Assembly (NCBI RefSeq): GCF_004010195.1
Contig: NC_057728.1
Coordinates: forward strand, 53,402,174-53,466,173
Direction of reading: 5' to 3'
Source of the DNA: Chiloscyllium plagiosum
Lineage: Eukaryota
DNA length: 64,000 nt
In this document: positions 1-13,224 of the stretch, piece after piece
Position numbering within the stretch: the first letter of the stretch is position 1
How the letters are laid out: each line of letters begins with the position of its first letter
Translations under genes and position numbers: made by a program
Notes under the pieces: model-generated
Databases searched by the model: none
Told to the model about the DNA's origin: nothing
What the model saw: the letters and a program-made list of their open reading frames with translations, nothing else

Positions 1-69
1 TTTCCAGCTCAGCGAGCAAACTTACATCCAGAATCACAACCTGAGCTACAAATCTTCTCAAAACTAGCT

Positions 70-2470
70 AGCACTATCACAGAGCTTATTGGGACAGACT
101 TCAAAAAGATCAAGCAACTCAAGACTGGGCATCCATGAGGCACTGTTGGTTATCAACAGTACCAGAATTGTACTCCAGCACAATGTGTAACTTCATGGCC
201 AGCATATTCCCCTGCTCAACCATTAACATCAAGCCAGGGATAAACTCTGGTTAAATGGAGAGTGCAGGAGGACATGCCAGGAGCAGCATCAGGCATACCC
301 GAAGATGAGGGTTTAACCTAGTGAAACAACCAAACAGGACTTCTTGCATGCCAAACAGCAATAAGCAGCAAGTGACAGACAGAAATAAGTGATCCCACAA
401 ACAACAGATCAGATCTAAGCTCTGCAGTCCTGCCACATCCACTCATGAAAGGTGGTGGACAATTAAACAACTCACTGGAGGAGGAGGCTCCACAAATATC
501 CCCATCCTCAATGATGGAAAAGCCCAGCACATCAGTGCAAAAGGCTGAAGCACTTGCAGAAACCTTCAGCCTGAAGTGCCGAGAGGATGATCCATCTTGG
601 CCACCCCCAGTACTCCCCAGCATCACAGCCAATTCAATCCACTCCACGTAATATCGAGAAAAGGTTGTAGGCACTGGATAGTGCAAAGGTGATGGGCTCT
701 GACAACATTCCAGCAATAGTACTGAAGACCTGCGCTCCGGAGCTTGCTGCTCCCCTGGCCAAGCTGTTCCAGTTGCAACACTGGTATTTACCTGGCAGTG
801 TGAAAAATTGCCCAAGTATGTCCTGAACATAAAAAGCAGGACAAATCCAACCAGGCCAATTGCTGCCCCTTTAGTTTCCTCTCAATCATCAGTAAAGTGA
901 TGGAAGGTGTCATCAACATTGCTATCAAGCAGAACCTGCTCAGTGATACCCAGTTTGGGTTCTGCCAGGGCCACTTAGCTCCTGACCTCATGTAAGTATA
1001 TTAGTGATAGTGGGTCATGTCTTCTTGTGGTTCAAACATGGGCAAGAAAACTGAATTCCAGAGGTGAGGTGAGAGTGACAGCCCTTGACATCAAGACTGC
1101 ATTCAACCGAGTGTGGCATCAAGGAGCCATGTCAAAACTGGAATCAATGGATATCAGGGGAAAAACTCTCCAGTGGTTACAGTCACACCTGACACATAGA
1201 AAGATGGTTGAGGTTGTTGGTGGTCAGTCATCTCAGCTCCAGGACATCTCTGCAGGAGTTCCTTAGGATAGTGTCCTAGGTCCAACCATCCTCAGCTGCT
1301 TCATCAATGACCTTCCCTCCACCATAAGGTCAGAAGTGAGGATGTTCACTGATGATTGCACAAAGTTCAGCACCATTCCCAATTCCTCAGTCACTGAAGC
1401 ATCCATGTCCAAATGCAACAAGATCTGGACAATATCCAGAGTCTAGATTAGAGTGGTGCTGGAAAAGCACAGCAGTTCAGACAGCATCCGAGGAGTAGTA
1501 AAATCAACGTTTCGGGCAAAAGCCCTTCATCAGGAATACAGGTGATGAAGGGCTTTTGCCTGAAACGTCAATTTTACTGCTCCTCGGATGCTGGCTGAAC
1601 TGCTATGCATTTCCAGCACCACTCTAATCTAGACTCTGGTTTCCAGCATCTGCAGTCCTTGTTTTTACCCTGGACAATATCCAGTCATGGGCTGACAAGT
1701 GGCAAGGAACATTTGCGCCACACAAATGCCAGCTATGACCATCATCAATAAGAGACAATCTAACCACCGCCCCTTGATTTTCAATGGTGTTTCCCTACTA
1801 TCAACATCCTGGGAGTTTCATTGATGAGAAACTCAACTGTACTCACCACATAAATACAGTTGCTACAAAATCGGGTCAGAGGCTAGGAATACTGTGGCAA
1901 ATAACTTACCTCCTGACTCCTGAAAGTTTGCTTGCCATCTACAAGGCACAAGTCAGGAATGTGATGGAATATTCACCACTTGCCTGGATGACTGCAACTC
2001 TAACAACACTCAAAAAGCTTGACACCACCTAGGAAAAAGCAGCCCACTTGATTGGCACTGTATCCACAGGCATCCACTCCCTCCACCAGTCTCAGCAGCA
2101 GTAGCAGCAGTCAGTATCTACATGTTGCACAGCAGAAATTCACCAAAGATCCTCAGACGGCACCTTCCAAAATCACAACCACTTCCATCTAGAAGAACAA
2201 GGGCAGCAGAAACATGGGAACAGCACAACCTTCGCTTACCCCTCCAAGCCACTCACCATCCTGACTTGGACATATATTGACATTCCTTCATTGTCACTGG
2301 GTCAAAATCATGGAATTCCCTCCCTAATGGCATTGTGGGTTAACCCACAGCAGGTGGACCACAGTGGTTCAAGAAGGCAGCCCATCACCACCGTCTCAAA
2401 GGGCAACTTGGGATGGGCAATAAATGCTGGTCAGCCAGCAATTCCCACATCCCACAAAATGAATAAATAG
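70..2470 (+). mobile_element. Degenerate CR1/L2-group LINE ('family B'), ORF2 RT region plus 3' end
   Basis: Broken RT motifs ALDIKTAFNRVWHQG, AGVP*DSVLGPTI, FTDD, IYKAQVRNVMEYSPLAW; 3' tail GGGCAATAAATGCTGG...CCCACATCCCACAAAATGAATAAA. Confidence 0.85.
1440..1669. mobile_element. Penelope-like fold-back mini-insertion (inverted pLTR pair) with hammerhead cores
   Basis: TSD CTGGACAATATCCAG at 1425-1439 and 1670-1684; inverted arms about 1436-1532 and 1543-1639; CTGATGA-A-GGGC-TTTT-GCCC-GAAAC core on the minus strand at 1533-1509. Confidence 0.85.
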
Positions 2471-2719
2471 TTACAAATCTCCTATATCCTTTATTGACGG
2501 AAAGTCTTTTCAGCTCTGACTCTGGATGGTTGACTCTGAACTGTCCTGTGAAATACCCCAACAAACCTTTCAATTCAAGGGCACTTAGAGTTGGACAACA
2601 AATGCTGGCCTTGCCAGTGACACTGCTGTGTATACAGGAGGAAAATCTTCAGGATTGTGGCCAAAGCGGAGAAAGTCATTCAATGGAGCACATTGGAAAT
2701 TCCAGGACACATTTTCCAT

Positions 2720-3050
2720 CACACTTTTGTTCTTCTTTGATCCGATTTAGGGATATTGTTGGCAACTATGCATCCTTAATTTCCCATGAACTGAATGGTT
2801 TGCCAGCCCATTCCAGAGGATCTTTAAGGATCATCATGTTGCTGTGGCTCTGGAGTCACATGTAGGCCAAACAAGGTAAGGACAGCAGATTTTCTTCCCA
2901 CAGGACATTAGAGAACCAAATAGGTCTTTATGACAAATAGTGTTTGTTGGTCGCCATTACTGAGTTTAAGATTTGATTACAGATTTTATGAATTGAATTT
3001 AAACTCCACATGTTGCTGTGATGGGATTAAATCCATATCCCCAAAGACTC
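2720..3050 (-). mobile_element. Degenerate SINE related to the copies at 22448-23130
   Basis: Reverse complement matches the CTTACC..GGCCTACATGTGACTCCAGAGCCACAGCAA core and GGAGTTTAAATTCAAT segment of the 22.4-23.1 kb SINEs. Confidence 0.55.
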
Positions 3051-3904
3051 CCCAAATTTAACAAGTGTCAAATTCCTTAGACTACTGTTACTGCAACTGT
3101 TGTGTGAGACTCACTAACATGGAATGAAGAAAAACATGGATGCAGAAGAATTTGGGGAGTGCAGAAATCCAACCAATTTATGTAGCTTGGAGGAGTTTAT
3201 AGAGGTAGGGCAGGGAGTGATGAAAGATCAAATTTAAAGAACTGTGCTTACTTTAGATGAATATAAACTGTGCAGCAAGAATGATAAATTAAAAGAGAAG
3301 GTAGTTTATGGAATAATTGGTCCCATCTGTCTACACAACCCATTGCTTTGGCTGCAGTGCATTAATGTGCTGTTTTCATGCAGTCAATCTGAAAATTGTT
3401 GTCTCACATAGGGGTGGATTTTATTCACAAGTTCCAAATGTACATGTGCACCTGCGGTCTTGCAAATTTATCTTCAGGGTCTATCTGGTATTAGATGTGG
3501 ACACAGGAAGTGAAAAATTGAGCCAGCTCTATGTTACCTATACACTGTTTGAATGTTCTCCATCCCAAATAACTCAAGATGTTCATCTTAGAAAATAGTA
3601 ACTCCTCAACTGAAGGCACTATTCTCCATCCATCTGTGAATCTGATCAACAGCCTGGAAATGAATTGAAATTTAATAGGGCGAAACTTAGTTGTTATCAC
3701 ATACGTCCATGGAGCCTTATAATGTACAGTAGAAGGTCAGTTGGTCTTTGAAAGAGCTGTCCTATTAATCATATGCTCCTGGCTCTTTCCTCATAGCCCT
3801 TTTTGAAGTCTTTCAGCTGAAATGTGATACTGACTGTTGAGTCATGAGCCCCACCTAGAGCATAGACTGGGAGCAAATAGTGAGCATCAAGTCAGAAGAG
3901 GGAC

Positions 3905-4570
3905 AATTGGCAAAGTGCGATCGCAGGTAGACTGGGTGGTGAAGAAGGCATTTGGCACAATGCCCTGATGGCTCAGTCTATTGAGTCCAGGAGTTGGGCC
4001 ATCATACTAGAGCTGTACATGACGTTGGTGTGGCCACTTCTGGAGTACTGCATACAGTTCTGGTCACCCTGCTATAGAAAGGATATTAGTAAATTGGATA
4101 GGATGTCAAAAAAGATTTATAAGGATGTTACCAGAACTGGAAGTTTTAAGTTATAAAGCAAGGCTGGATAGGCTACTTTTATCACTGTATCATAGGAAGC
4201 TGATGGGTGACCTTACAGATGTTAATAAAATCATGAAGGACATGGATAACGTAAATAGCAAAGGTCTTTTCTCACGGGTAAGGGAGTTCAAAACTAGATA
4301 GCATAATTTTAAGGTGAGGGGGTAAGATTTAAAAGAGACCTGAGGGATAATCTTTTCACACAGGTGGTGCAGATATGCAATGCCAGAGGAAGTGGTAGAG
4401 GCAGGTTCAGTTACAACACTTAAAAGTGATTTGCACAGGTACATTGAATTAGAAAGGTTTAGAGACACATCAATCAAACACAGGCAAATGGGACAAGTTT
4501 GGCTTGGGAAACCTAGATGGCATGGACAAGTTGGACCAAAAGGTCTGTTTCCATGCTGTATGACTCTATC
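3905..4570 (+). mobile_element. CR1 (HER1-like) LINE 3' fragment
   Basis: LYMTLVWPLLEYCIQFWSPCYRKDI motif; 3' end GGACCAAAAGGTCTGTTTCCATGCTGTATGACTCTAT. Confidence 0.85.
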
Positions 4571-6075
4571 TGCTTCAACTGAAGGAGAGTTTTATGACAA
4601 GGCTTAATACTGTCACCAACATAGAACAAATATTCAGAAGTTTAGATGTGGGAAAGAAGTTGAAGGTGAAGCTGAGTGAGATTGAGGCAAAGGTGGGTAA
4701 AGTGGTATGAAAGGAGGTGGGGCGCACTGACTTAATCAGTAAACCAGATCATTGGGCAGCTTTTCCTTTCCTGAGGACCAGATGGATTGAATGACACAAA
4801 CACAAAGCAAACCTGAGCAGGAATGAAGCATGCAATGAATAGAGTTCGCTGACCTTTTTATTCATTTGCTTATTTTATAATCCAGGTGCAGACTCACAGA
4901 ATTATTATTTGCAAATGGAGGCCATTCAGCCCAGGATGCCTGCAATAGCTCTCCAAACTTGTATCATTATCTCGTGCCAAACTCTTGTGATTTTCCCCAT
5001 ATTGTTGAACAATTTTTCTATCTGAATAATGATCCAATGCCATTTGAATACCTCAACTGAATCTAGCTCCACTACCATTCCAGGCAGTTCTAACTACTTG
5101 CTGAGTGAAACGTTTTTCCACACATCATCTTGCTTTTTTACACATCGCTTTAAGTCTATGCCCTCTTGTCATTGTTCGTTCTGTGAGCTAGTGCAGGACA
5201 AGGCTCCAATCAGTTTCTACTTTTGCATGACCCATGTTCTCCATTGCTTTCATAATTAGCATGTTCTGGAGTTGTTAGTCTGTCATTGTGGAAATAGTCT
5301 TGGAGTAGGTTGGGTGGACAATTTCAGAGACATATTTCTAGACTCTAAACTCTTTTGAGGGTAACTGATCGCTCACGTTCTATGTATTATGTATAGAATC
5401 ATAGAAAAGGACCACTCAATCTAAGGAGTCTGCTCCAAAAAGCATCTCACACAGACCGAGTCCTCCACCCTATCCTTGTAACCCCGTATTTCCCATGGCT
5501 AATTCACCCTAGCCTGCACATCCCTGAAAACTATGGGGCAATTTAGCATGGTCAGTCTACCTAGATTTGGCACGAGGTCTACAGTCAGACATCTCTTTCC
5601 AGAGTCACTTTAGATTAGGATATCTGTTCAGCATGGACGGGTTGGACCAAAGGTTCTGTTTCCGTGCTGGACATCTCTATGACTCTATGATGCAATCTCT
5701 AACATCAATCCTGACCATAACACAGGGGAACAGAAATAATCCATTGAGCCTGCTCCACCATCCATGGCTGATCTGATAATCTCAACACCTGACATCACTT
5801 CCAAGTTACAGACACAAGTATTAACACCACCTCTCCAACCCTGAGGTTGCCCTAACAAAGATATGTTGTATGTCGGCATCATTAGCCTGCATCACAGTTC
5901 CCTATCAGCACAGCCAATAGAAACAATGGGAATAGGTGATGGGAAAGATGGAATGGTGTGCTAAATGAGGGCAGCATCCCATCGCATTGCCCCTCTTATG
6001 TGAGTGGGCTTTTGCTGATTCATAATCCCAATTTTTCAGTGTATGATTAGAAGTATCCTTCCTCAAATGCAACCT

Positions 6076-7110
6076 AGGAGAAAATGAGGACTGCAGATGC
6101 TGGAGATCAGAGTCAAGACTGTGTTGCTGGAAAAGCACAGTAGGTCAGGCAGCATCCAAGGAGAAGAATCCAAGTTTTGGGCATAAGCCCTCCCTCAAGA
6201 ATGAGGCTTGTGGGCTGGGAGCTGAGAGATAAATGGGAGGGGTGTGGGATTGGGGAGAAGGTAACTGAGAAAGCAATAGGTGGATGAAGGTGAGGGAGAA
6301 GGTGATAGGTCAGAGGGGGGAGTGATGGACAGGTCAGGAAGGACTGGGATAATATGGGGGGAGGGGAAATGAGGAAGCGGTTGAAATCCACATTTATCCC
6401 GTGTGGTTGCAGGGTCACAAGGGGGGGAAATGAGGCATTCTTCCTCCAGGTGTCAGGTGGTAATGGTTTGGTAATGAAGGAGGCCCAGGACCTGCATGTC
6501 CTTGGCAGAGTGGGAGGGGGAGTTGAAATGTTCAGCTACGGGTCAGTGGGTTTGGTGGGTGTGGGTGTCCCAGAGATGTTGTCGGAAATGATCTGCAAGA
6601 AGGCGTCCTGACTCCCTGATGTAGAGGAGACCACATCGGGTGAACGGATGCAGTAGATGACATTGGTAGAGGTACAGATGAATTTCTGATGGATACGGAA
6701 GGATCCCTTGGGAACTTGGATGGAGGTGAGGGGAGTGGTGTGGGCGCAGGTTTTGTACTTCCTGTGGTGGCAGGGAAAGGTGCCAGGCATAGGGTGTGGG
6801 CTGGTGCAGGGCATGGACCTGACGAGGGAGTCATTGAGAGAATGGTCTCTCCAGAACAATGATAGGGGTGAGGAGGGAAACATATCTTTGGTGGTGGGGT
6901 TCGTTTGGAGGTGGCGGAAGTGGTGGAGGATGATGCGATGTATATGGAGGTTGGTGGGGTGGAAGGTGAGGACCAGGGGGGTTCTGTCCTTGTTGCGTTG
7001 GGAGGGGTTTGGTTCAAGGATGGTAGTACGTGAAGTGGAGGAGATGCGTTGGAGGGCTTTGTCAACCATGTGGGAAGGGAAGTTGTGATCTTGGAAGAAG
7101 GAGGCTACTG
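6076..7110 (-). mobile_element. 5'-truncated Penelope-like element: GIY-YIG endonuclease C-terminus plus pLTR
   Basis: ORF 6536-7069 contains RTPLVLTFHP, C..RKYKTCAH and FICTSTNVIYCIR (PLE linker and GIY-YIG motif); terminal pLTR at 6076-6205 is homologous to the fold-back mini-elements. Confidence 0.85.
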
Positions 7111-7194
7111 GGACTATGTAACCTATGCCTGTCTCCCACTTTCCTACCTTGGTTTTCTCATCGCCAGCATCTAAATCTTTTCCCCTATCTGTGA

Positions 7195-7520
7195 TGTTAG
7201 CTTTGGCTGCCCTCTCACCTCTAAGTCAGATGGCTGTGGGGTCTAGGTCCTATTCCAGCCCCTGGAGCACAGAAATCAAGGCTGACCCTCCCAGTGTAAT
7301 ACTGAGAGAGTTCTACAACGGCGGGCAGGATTCTACCTTTTGGATGAGATGTTTGTCTGAGGATCCCATCTGTCCTCTCATGCAGGCGAGTGTCAAAAAG
7401 CCCATGGCTTGATCTTCAAGAACAGGAGAGCTATCCCAGCAATCCTAACCAATATTTATCCGTCAAACAATATCTCTGAAAGGAGGTCATTTGGTCATTG
7501 TCAAATGGCTAATAGGAACT
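7195..7520 (+). mobile_element. DeuSINE (SacSINE1-like), degenerate
   Basis: Deu-domain-like segment TTTTGGATGAGATG...CCCATCTGTCCTCTCA...CCCATGGC...CCAATATTTATCC following a tRNA-like head. Confidence 0.65.
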
Positions 7521-7984
7521 GCCATTCATTAGTTGGTCACTGTGGGTGGAATCTTGAAAGTTGAGAGCCAATCCCACTTGTTTTGCCCTCAACCCACATT
7601 CCCTCAATGACTCTGAGCCCTCAAATTCCTCCCCCCCCCACCCCACACCCCATTTCCTTCTCCCTCCATCACTCAACCTTGTGTCTAGGCCTCTTTGTTC
7701 TCAGAATTGAGGAGGGGGCAGTACTGGCAGCAGGCCTCCCCTGTGGCCTGTCCTTGGTCAGGAGCTTTTATCCTGAGAAAAGGCCCAGCACTGACACCAT
7801 CACCCCCATGTGATTCTGCCTTGTGCTTCTTGCATTGTAACAATAGCTAGGTTTCAAATATACTTCATGGTGATCTGAGATTGTGAGTGACCCGATATAA
7901 ATGCAAGTCCTTTCTTTTCTTTGTTTCTTTTGGAAATCAATCCATGTCATTGATAGCTCCAACCTTATCTTTCTTTACAACCAA

Positions 7985-8905
7985 TGCTCAGTAGCAGCAG
8001 TGATTACCGTCTACAAGATACACTGCAGAAATTCAACAAGGCTTCTCCAAACTCCTGATCACTGCCATCTGGAAGGGCTGTACAGGACATTGGTTCGGCC
8101 ACTGAGTGCAAGAAATATTGAGTGCAATTCTGGTCTCCTTCCTATCGGAAAGATGTTATGAAACTTGAAGAAGTTCAGGAAAGATTTACAATGATGTTGC
8201 CAGGATTGGAGGATTTGAGCTATAGGGAGAGGTTGAATAATCTAGGGCTGTTTTCCCTGGAGCATCGGAAACTGAGGAGTGACCTTATAGAGATTTATAA
8301 GATCATGAGAGGCATAGATTGGTTTATAAGATCATGAGGGGCATGGATAGAATAAATAGACAAAGTCTTTTCCGTGGGGCGGGGGAGTCCAGAACTAGAG
8401 GGCATAGGTTTAGGATGAGAGGGGAAAGAAATAAAAGAGACCTAAGGGGCAACTTTTTCATGCAGAGGGTGGTACATGTATGGAATGAGCTGCCAGAGGA
8501 AGTGGTGGAGGCTAGTACAATTGCACCATTTAAAAGGCATTGGATGGGTATATGTGTAGGAAGGATTTGGAGGGAAAAGGGCTGGGTGCTGGCAAATGAG
8601 ATTACATTAGGTTGGGATATCTGGTTGGCATGGACAAGTTGGACCGAAGGTTCTGTTTCCATCCTGTACATCTCTGTGACTCTATGACAAGGCCAATAGA
8701 TATTGGGAAACACCACCACCCACAAGTTCCCCTCCAAGTCAATCCTGGCTATCACTATTCCTTCACTGTCAAAATCCTGGAATTCCCTCCCTAAGGTCAT
8801 TGTGGGGTTACCTACAACTCCAAGAGCAGCAACAGTTCAAGGGCAATTAGTGATGGGCAACACATGCTGACCCAGCCAGTGGTGCCTACATCCCATGAAT
8901 GAACT
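7985..8905 (+). mobile_element. Family B LINE 3' end interrupted by a CR1 3' fragment (about 8075-8687)
   Basis: Family B tail sequence on both sides of a CR1 segment (LYRTLVRPL, QFWSPSYRKDV, RTRGHRF, WNELPEEVVEA) ending in GACTCTATGA. Confidence 0.8.
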
Positions 8906-11451
8906 TTTAAAAACTTCCATCTGGTAAAAATAAGGGATGTCAGGAATCCCAACTGTCCTCAGACAGCAGCTGGTAGCACCAGTTGTGCCTTGAGGACAAT
9001 GCAACAAGCAGTGCACACACTCCCTGCAGACTCCCATGTTTCCTAAGATGTGGTTACATTGCAACATAGGAATTTACAGGACAGGAAATGAACATTGCGG
9101 CTCATCTGACTGGTCGGCTTGGTCAGGAAATATCAAATCCCAGGGTTCCTCTCCTGTCTTTCTATCAAATGATTCTCCAATGATTTGTGCAATCTGTCCC
9201 TCCTGAATAAGCAGAGATGATGTACCTCCCTCAAAATTCCAGCCTCTATGCTCAACAGCTGCCACACTGAAGTAATTAAACTCTTCACCCTGACTCTTGG
9301 CTAAAATTTGTGGCTCTGAATGCACAGAGTTTGCAGCAGTGCCTCAACAGGGTTCTGTAAATGAGTTATCCCCTTTAGGAGATTTTTACAAAAATGACAA
9401 GACAACGCAAATGCAAATGTTGCAGGATTTCATATAACTAAATTCCAAGATAAATGCCGCTCTGGTAGTAACCTAACAACTGACAGAACAGTGTTGGAAC
9501 TAATCAAATTACTTGACATGTTTGCTTTGCTTTGTGGACTATCAGTTTTAAAGTTTGAAAGAGAGCATATTTTTGCATTTTAAATCTGTGAAATCATGTG
9601 TTTATAAGTTCTTTTCGTCGCAATTTGAACATGACCAGAAAATCTCTGGAAGAGCCAAGATAAATATTTGCTCTGATAAAAATCCAAGTGCTAGCAGCTG
9701 CCGACCTGATTAGACAATTTCCCCTTGCAACCACGTGCGCTTCGAAATTTCTCCCTTTTGCAATCAAGGATCTGAGTTCCAACTGTTGCCAGTGATTTAT
9801 GAGACTACTGCCCCAGCTGCATGCAGAATAGCCCAATGGTTACAGCTGGAAAAAATATTCCCCAAATATTCTCTAAGTAATCGCTGTTAACTGCTTTCCG
9901 TCTGTGACTGAGAAGAGGTTTCCACTTGCAGGTGGCAACAGAACCAGAGGCCATAAATGTAAGATAGTCACTAATAAATCCAATGGGGAGTTCAGGAGCT
10001 ATTTATTTGCCCAGATAATGTAGAACTTACTTTCACAGAGATTTTTTTTGAGGCGAATAGCAAGATGCAATTGAGTAGAAACCAAAAGAGCACATGAGGC
10101 AGAATGAAATATTCTAATGGAGTTACATGTAGAAGGATGGGGGGAAGCTAATGTGGAGCATAAGAACTAGCACAGAACAGTTGGGCCGAACAGCCTGTTT
10201 CTATGCTGCAAATGTTTTGTAGTACTCGAACTGCTGGCTACAGTGGTGATCTTCATTGCACGCAGGCTGACCAACTCTCCAGGATTGATAGATTGACTTC
10301 CAGCACACTGTTATGGGTAACCCACAACCTTTGAATTAGTAGATGAATTGCTTGCTTCTTTCTTTTTGATTTGAACACTATTGTTCCTTAGTTATGGTGA
10401 GCTTTCAGATGGAGATGGATTGGGGAAAGGAGGTTTGAGTGAGTGAGGATGTTGGAAAGCCAAGGAATATACCCAGAATTGAAAAACTAAAAGTGCCTCA
10501 ACTTGCATTTATATAGCACTTTGAAAGCAGCAAAATATTCCGAGGTACTTTACAAGACAAGAGCACACACAATAGGAATAGCAGTAGGATATTTGACCCA
10601 CTAGGCCTGCTCCACTATTCAATGCAATTGCCACTGATCTTGGGTACCTGCTCTCCATTTCTCTTGGCTCATTGAGACACCAAAAATCCATCTATCCCTT
10701 AATTAACAATGGAGATTCCACAATCCTTTGGGATAAAGCATTCCAACAATCCACAACTCTCTGAATGAAGGAGAATTCTCAACTCAGTCATAAATGATTG
10801 GCATCCTGACTGTGCCTCTGTGTTTTAGATTCCCTGACCAGTAGTAATAACTTGTCATCATCTACCCAGCAAACCCCTTCAGAATCTTGCACATTTCAAT
10901 GAGATTGCTTCTAAACTCCAGAGGCGACGGGTGGAATCTTAGTGGGATCTGAGCAATGCAGGCCATGGTGTGATAAGTGAAAGAATTTATGGCCCATCTC
11001 AATGTCAGGACCATCTCATTCCACTTTTTATGCTTTCAACAACCAGTGCAGCAAGTTTCTCACTAGGCAGGAGTGAGTTGTCAGCTCAGGGACTGGGCAA
11101 GGTTACATCCCCAAGACCATTGCTCACTGTCATAGTGCTCACTCACTCTGAACCTACCTGGATGTTCATAGATTCCTTGCCTTGTCATGCCTTTTCACAC
11201 TTTGCTCCATCGGCCAGAGATACCTCTGTCATATCTTACTGTTTTGCACAGATAGAAATGAATGGTTTCAATTGTATAGTATGTCAAGGGTAGTTGTGAT
11301 ATCAGTGCAGAAGCTTGGATATAGTTAGTCAGATGCTGGAGGTAGTCAGAGTTACAATGCTGTCTACATAAGGGCTGAGGAGCCAAATATCAGACAGCCC
11401 ATTACCCATCTTGAGACTTTCTGCCATAATTTTGGACTGTTTTCCTCTTGC

Positions 11452-11453
<2 letters not shown>

Positions 11454-11483
<30 letters not shown>
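11454..11483. repeat. (GA)n microsatellite
   Basis: Uninterrupted GA run. Confidence 0.95.
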
Positions 11484-11486
<3 letters not shown>

Positions 11487-11699
11487 AAGTATTAAAGGAG
11501 ACAAAAATGAGTGGCAGAACTGTTACTTTTGATGCAGTTAGGGAGGTGAATGTCTAGACAGCACAGAGGACTTGTAGGATTGGTACTGTTGAGGGTTGGG
11601 TGAAAGCAAGTGAGGGAGATGCTGCTAGCAATAATGAGAGTGGTGGAGCATGACATTGGTGGGAGCAGGATAATGTAGCAGAGGAGCAAAACTGGAATC

Positions 11700-12495
11700 A
11701 ATGGCTATTGGGGGAAAACTCTCTGGTGGTTGGAGTCACAGCTGGCACACAGGCAGATGATTATGGTTGTTGGAGGTCCTGAACATCTCAGGTCCTGAAC
11801 ATCTCTGTAGAAGTTCCTCAAGGGAGTATCCTAGGCCCAACTATTTTCAGTTGCTTCCTCAATTACCTTTCCTCCAACATAAGGTGCAAATGTTTGAGGA
11901 TGCTTGCTGATGATTGCATAATGCTCAGCACTATTCGCAACTCCTCAGATACTGAAGTAGTCCATGTTCAAATACTGCGGTAACTAAGTTATTAACTGCA
12001 GTAAGTAACTACCTCCTGACTCCCCAAAACCTGTCCATCAGCTACAAGGCACAAGCCAGGTGTATGTGAGAATCCAATTGCCTGGATGGGTGCAGATCCA
12101 ACAACAGTCAAGGAGCAGCCGCTTGATTGGCACCACATTGACAAACATCCACTTCCTCAATTATTAACAGTCGTATGTACTGCATAAATTCACCACAGAC
12201 CCTCAGACAGTACCTTCCAGACACATGATCACTTTCATCTAGAAGGACAAGGGCAGCAGATACATGGGAACACCACCTCGTGCTAGTTCCCCTCCAAGCC
12301 ATTCATCATCCTGACCTGGAAACATATTGCCATTCCTTTACTGTTGCTGGGTCAAAATTTTGGAATTCCTTCCCTAAGGGCATTGTGGGTCAACCTATAG
12401 CACATGGATTGCAGCATTTCAAGAAGGCAGCTTACCATCATCTTTTCAAGGGCAAGCAGATATGGGCAATAAATGCTGGCCAGCCAGAGACACCT
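11700..12495 (+). mobile_element. Family B LINE fragment with internal deletion
   Basis: Colinear with 1140-1420 and 1900-2440 (VPQGSILGPTIF; tail GGGCAATAAATGCTGG). Confidence 0.8.
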
Positions 12496-13094
12496 TAAGT
12501 GAATATTCCTTGGAATCCACTGGAAGCTGATTGCATGCATTGGTGTCTTCAGAAGCCAAACAGATACAATCCCATGTGCCTGTGATATTATGAATCATTG
12601 AGTCTGCTCAAGTGAACTGGCCAGTTACATCTCATGTATTACTTAATAAGTCTAGCTAGGAACCGTTGGGGTCAATTTTGATCGGAGTAGTGAGGCTGAT
12701 TTGATCTGGCTGGCTATCTTCATGTTGCGACATAACTGGGGATCTTGGGAGTGCAGACAATCAAGGTTTAGAACCGGATTTTGGTATTTAGTGCGAGTAA
12801 TCTGAAACAAGTTTGTACACAAACTTAAGATGGCACTGAAAACTGTTAAAGTTTTATTTGAAAGAGTTAGAGGTTTTCTTGGTATGGTCACAGGGTGTGG
12901 GTAAAACTAAATTCGCAGAGTTAGCCAGCAAGGCTACAAATGAAATTGTCAAAGCAAGCTAAGATAGCAGACATTATAAATTTAATAATGAACCAGTTGG
13001 GTTTAGATGAAATAGAGATGCTAGGTAGTAAAGGTAGTCCATTGGATGCATCCACAAAGCTTGAGGTGTGGTTCAGATAAATGGAAATGAGAAA

Positions 13095-13224
13095 CCCGTA
13101 GTGTTAGGTGAAGGGGTAAATGTTGGGGAATGGGTCTGGGTGGGTTGTGCTTCGGCGGGTCGGTGTGGACTTGTTGGGCCGAAGGGCTTGTTTCCACACT
13201 GTAAATAATCTAATCTAATCTAAA
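13095..13224 (+). mobile_element. HE1-type SINE 3' fragment
   Basis: GGTGTGGACTTGTTGGGCCGAAGGG...TTTCCACACTGT followed by an (AATCT)n tail. Confidence 0.8.

Noticed and set aside
1..68. Possible terminal repeat of another retroelement at the window edge
   Set aside because: Too short and truncated to classify from this window.
3491..3700. Minus-strand exon candidate with acceptor TTTCCAG near 3654
   Set aside because: Peptide not recognisable, weak donor and no partner exons.
9074..9836. Minus-strand ORFs in unique sequence as exons of an antisense gene
   Set aside because: No recognisable domain; all frames from the best acceptor (about 9355) hit early stops.
11773..11805. 16-bp tandem duplication AGGTCCTGAACATCTC (and a duplication of about 29 bp at 8294-8350)
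   Set aside because: Local slippage or repair duplications inside decayed LINEs.
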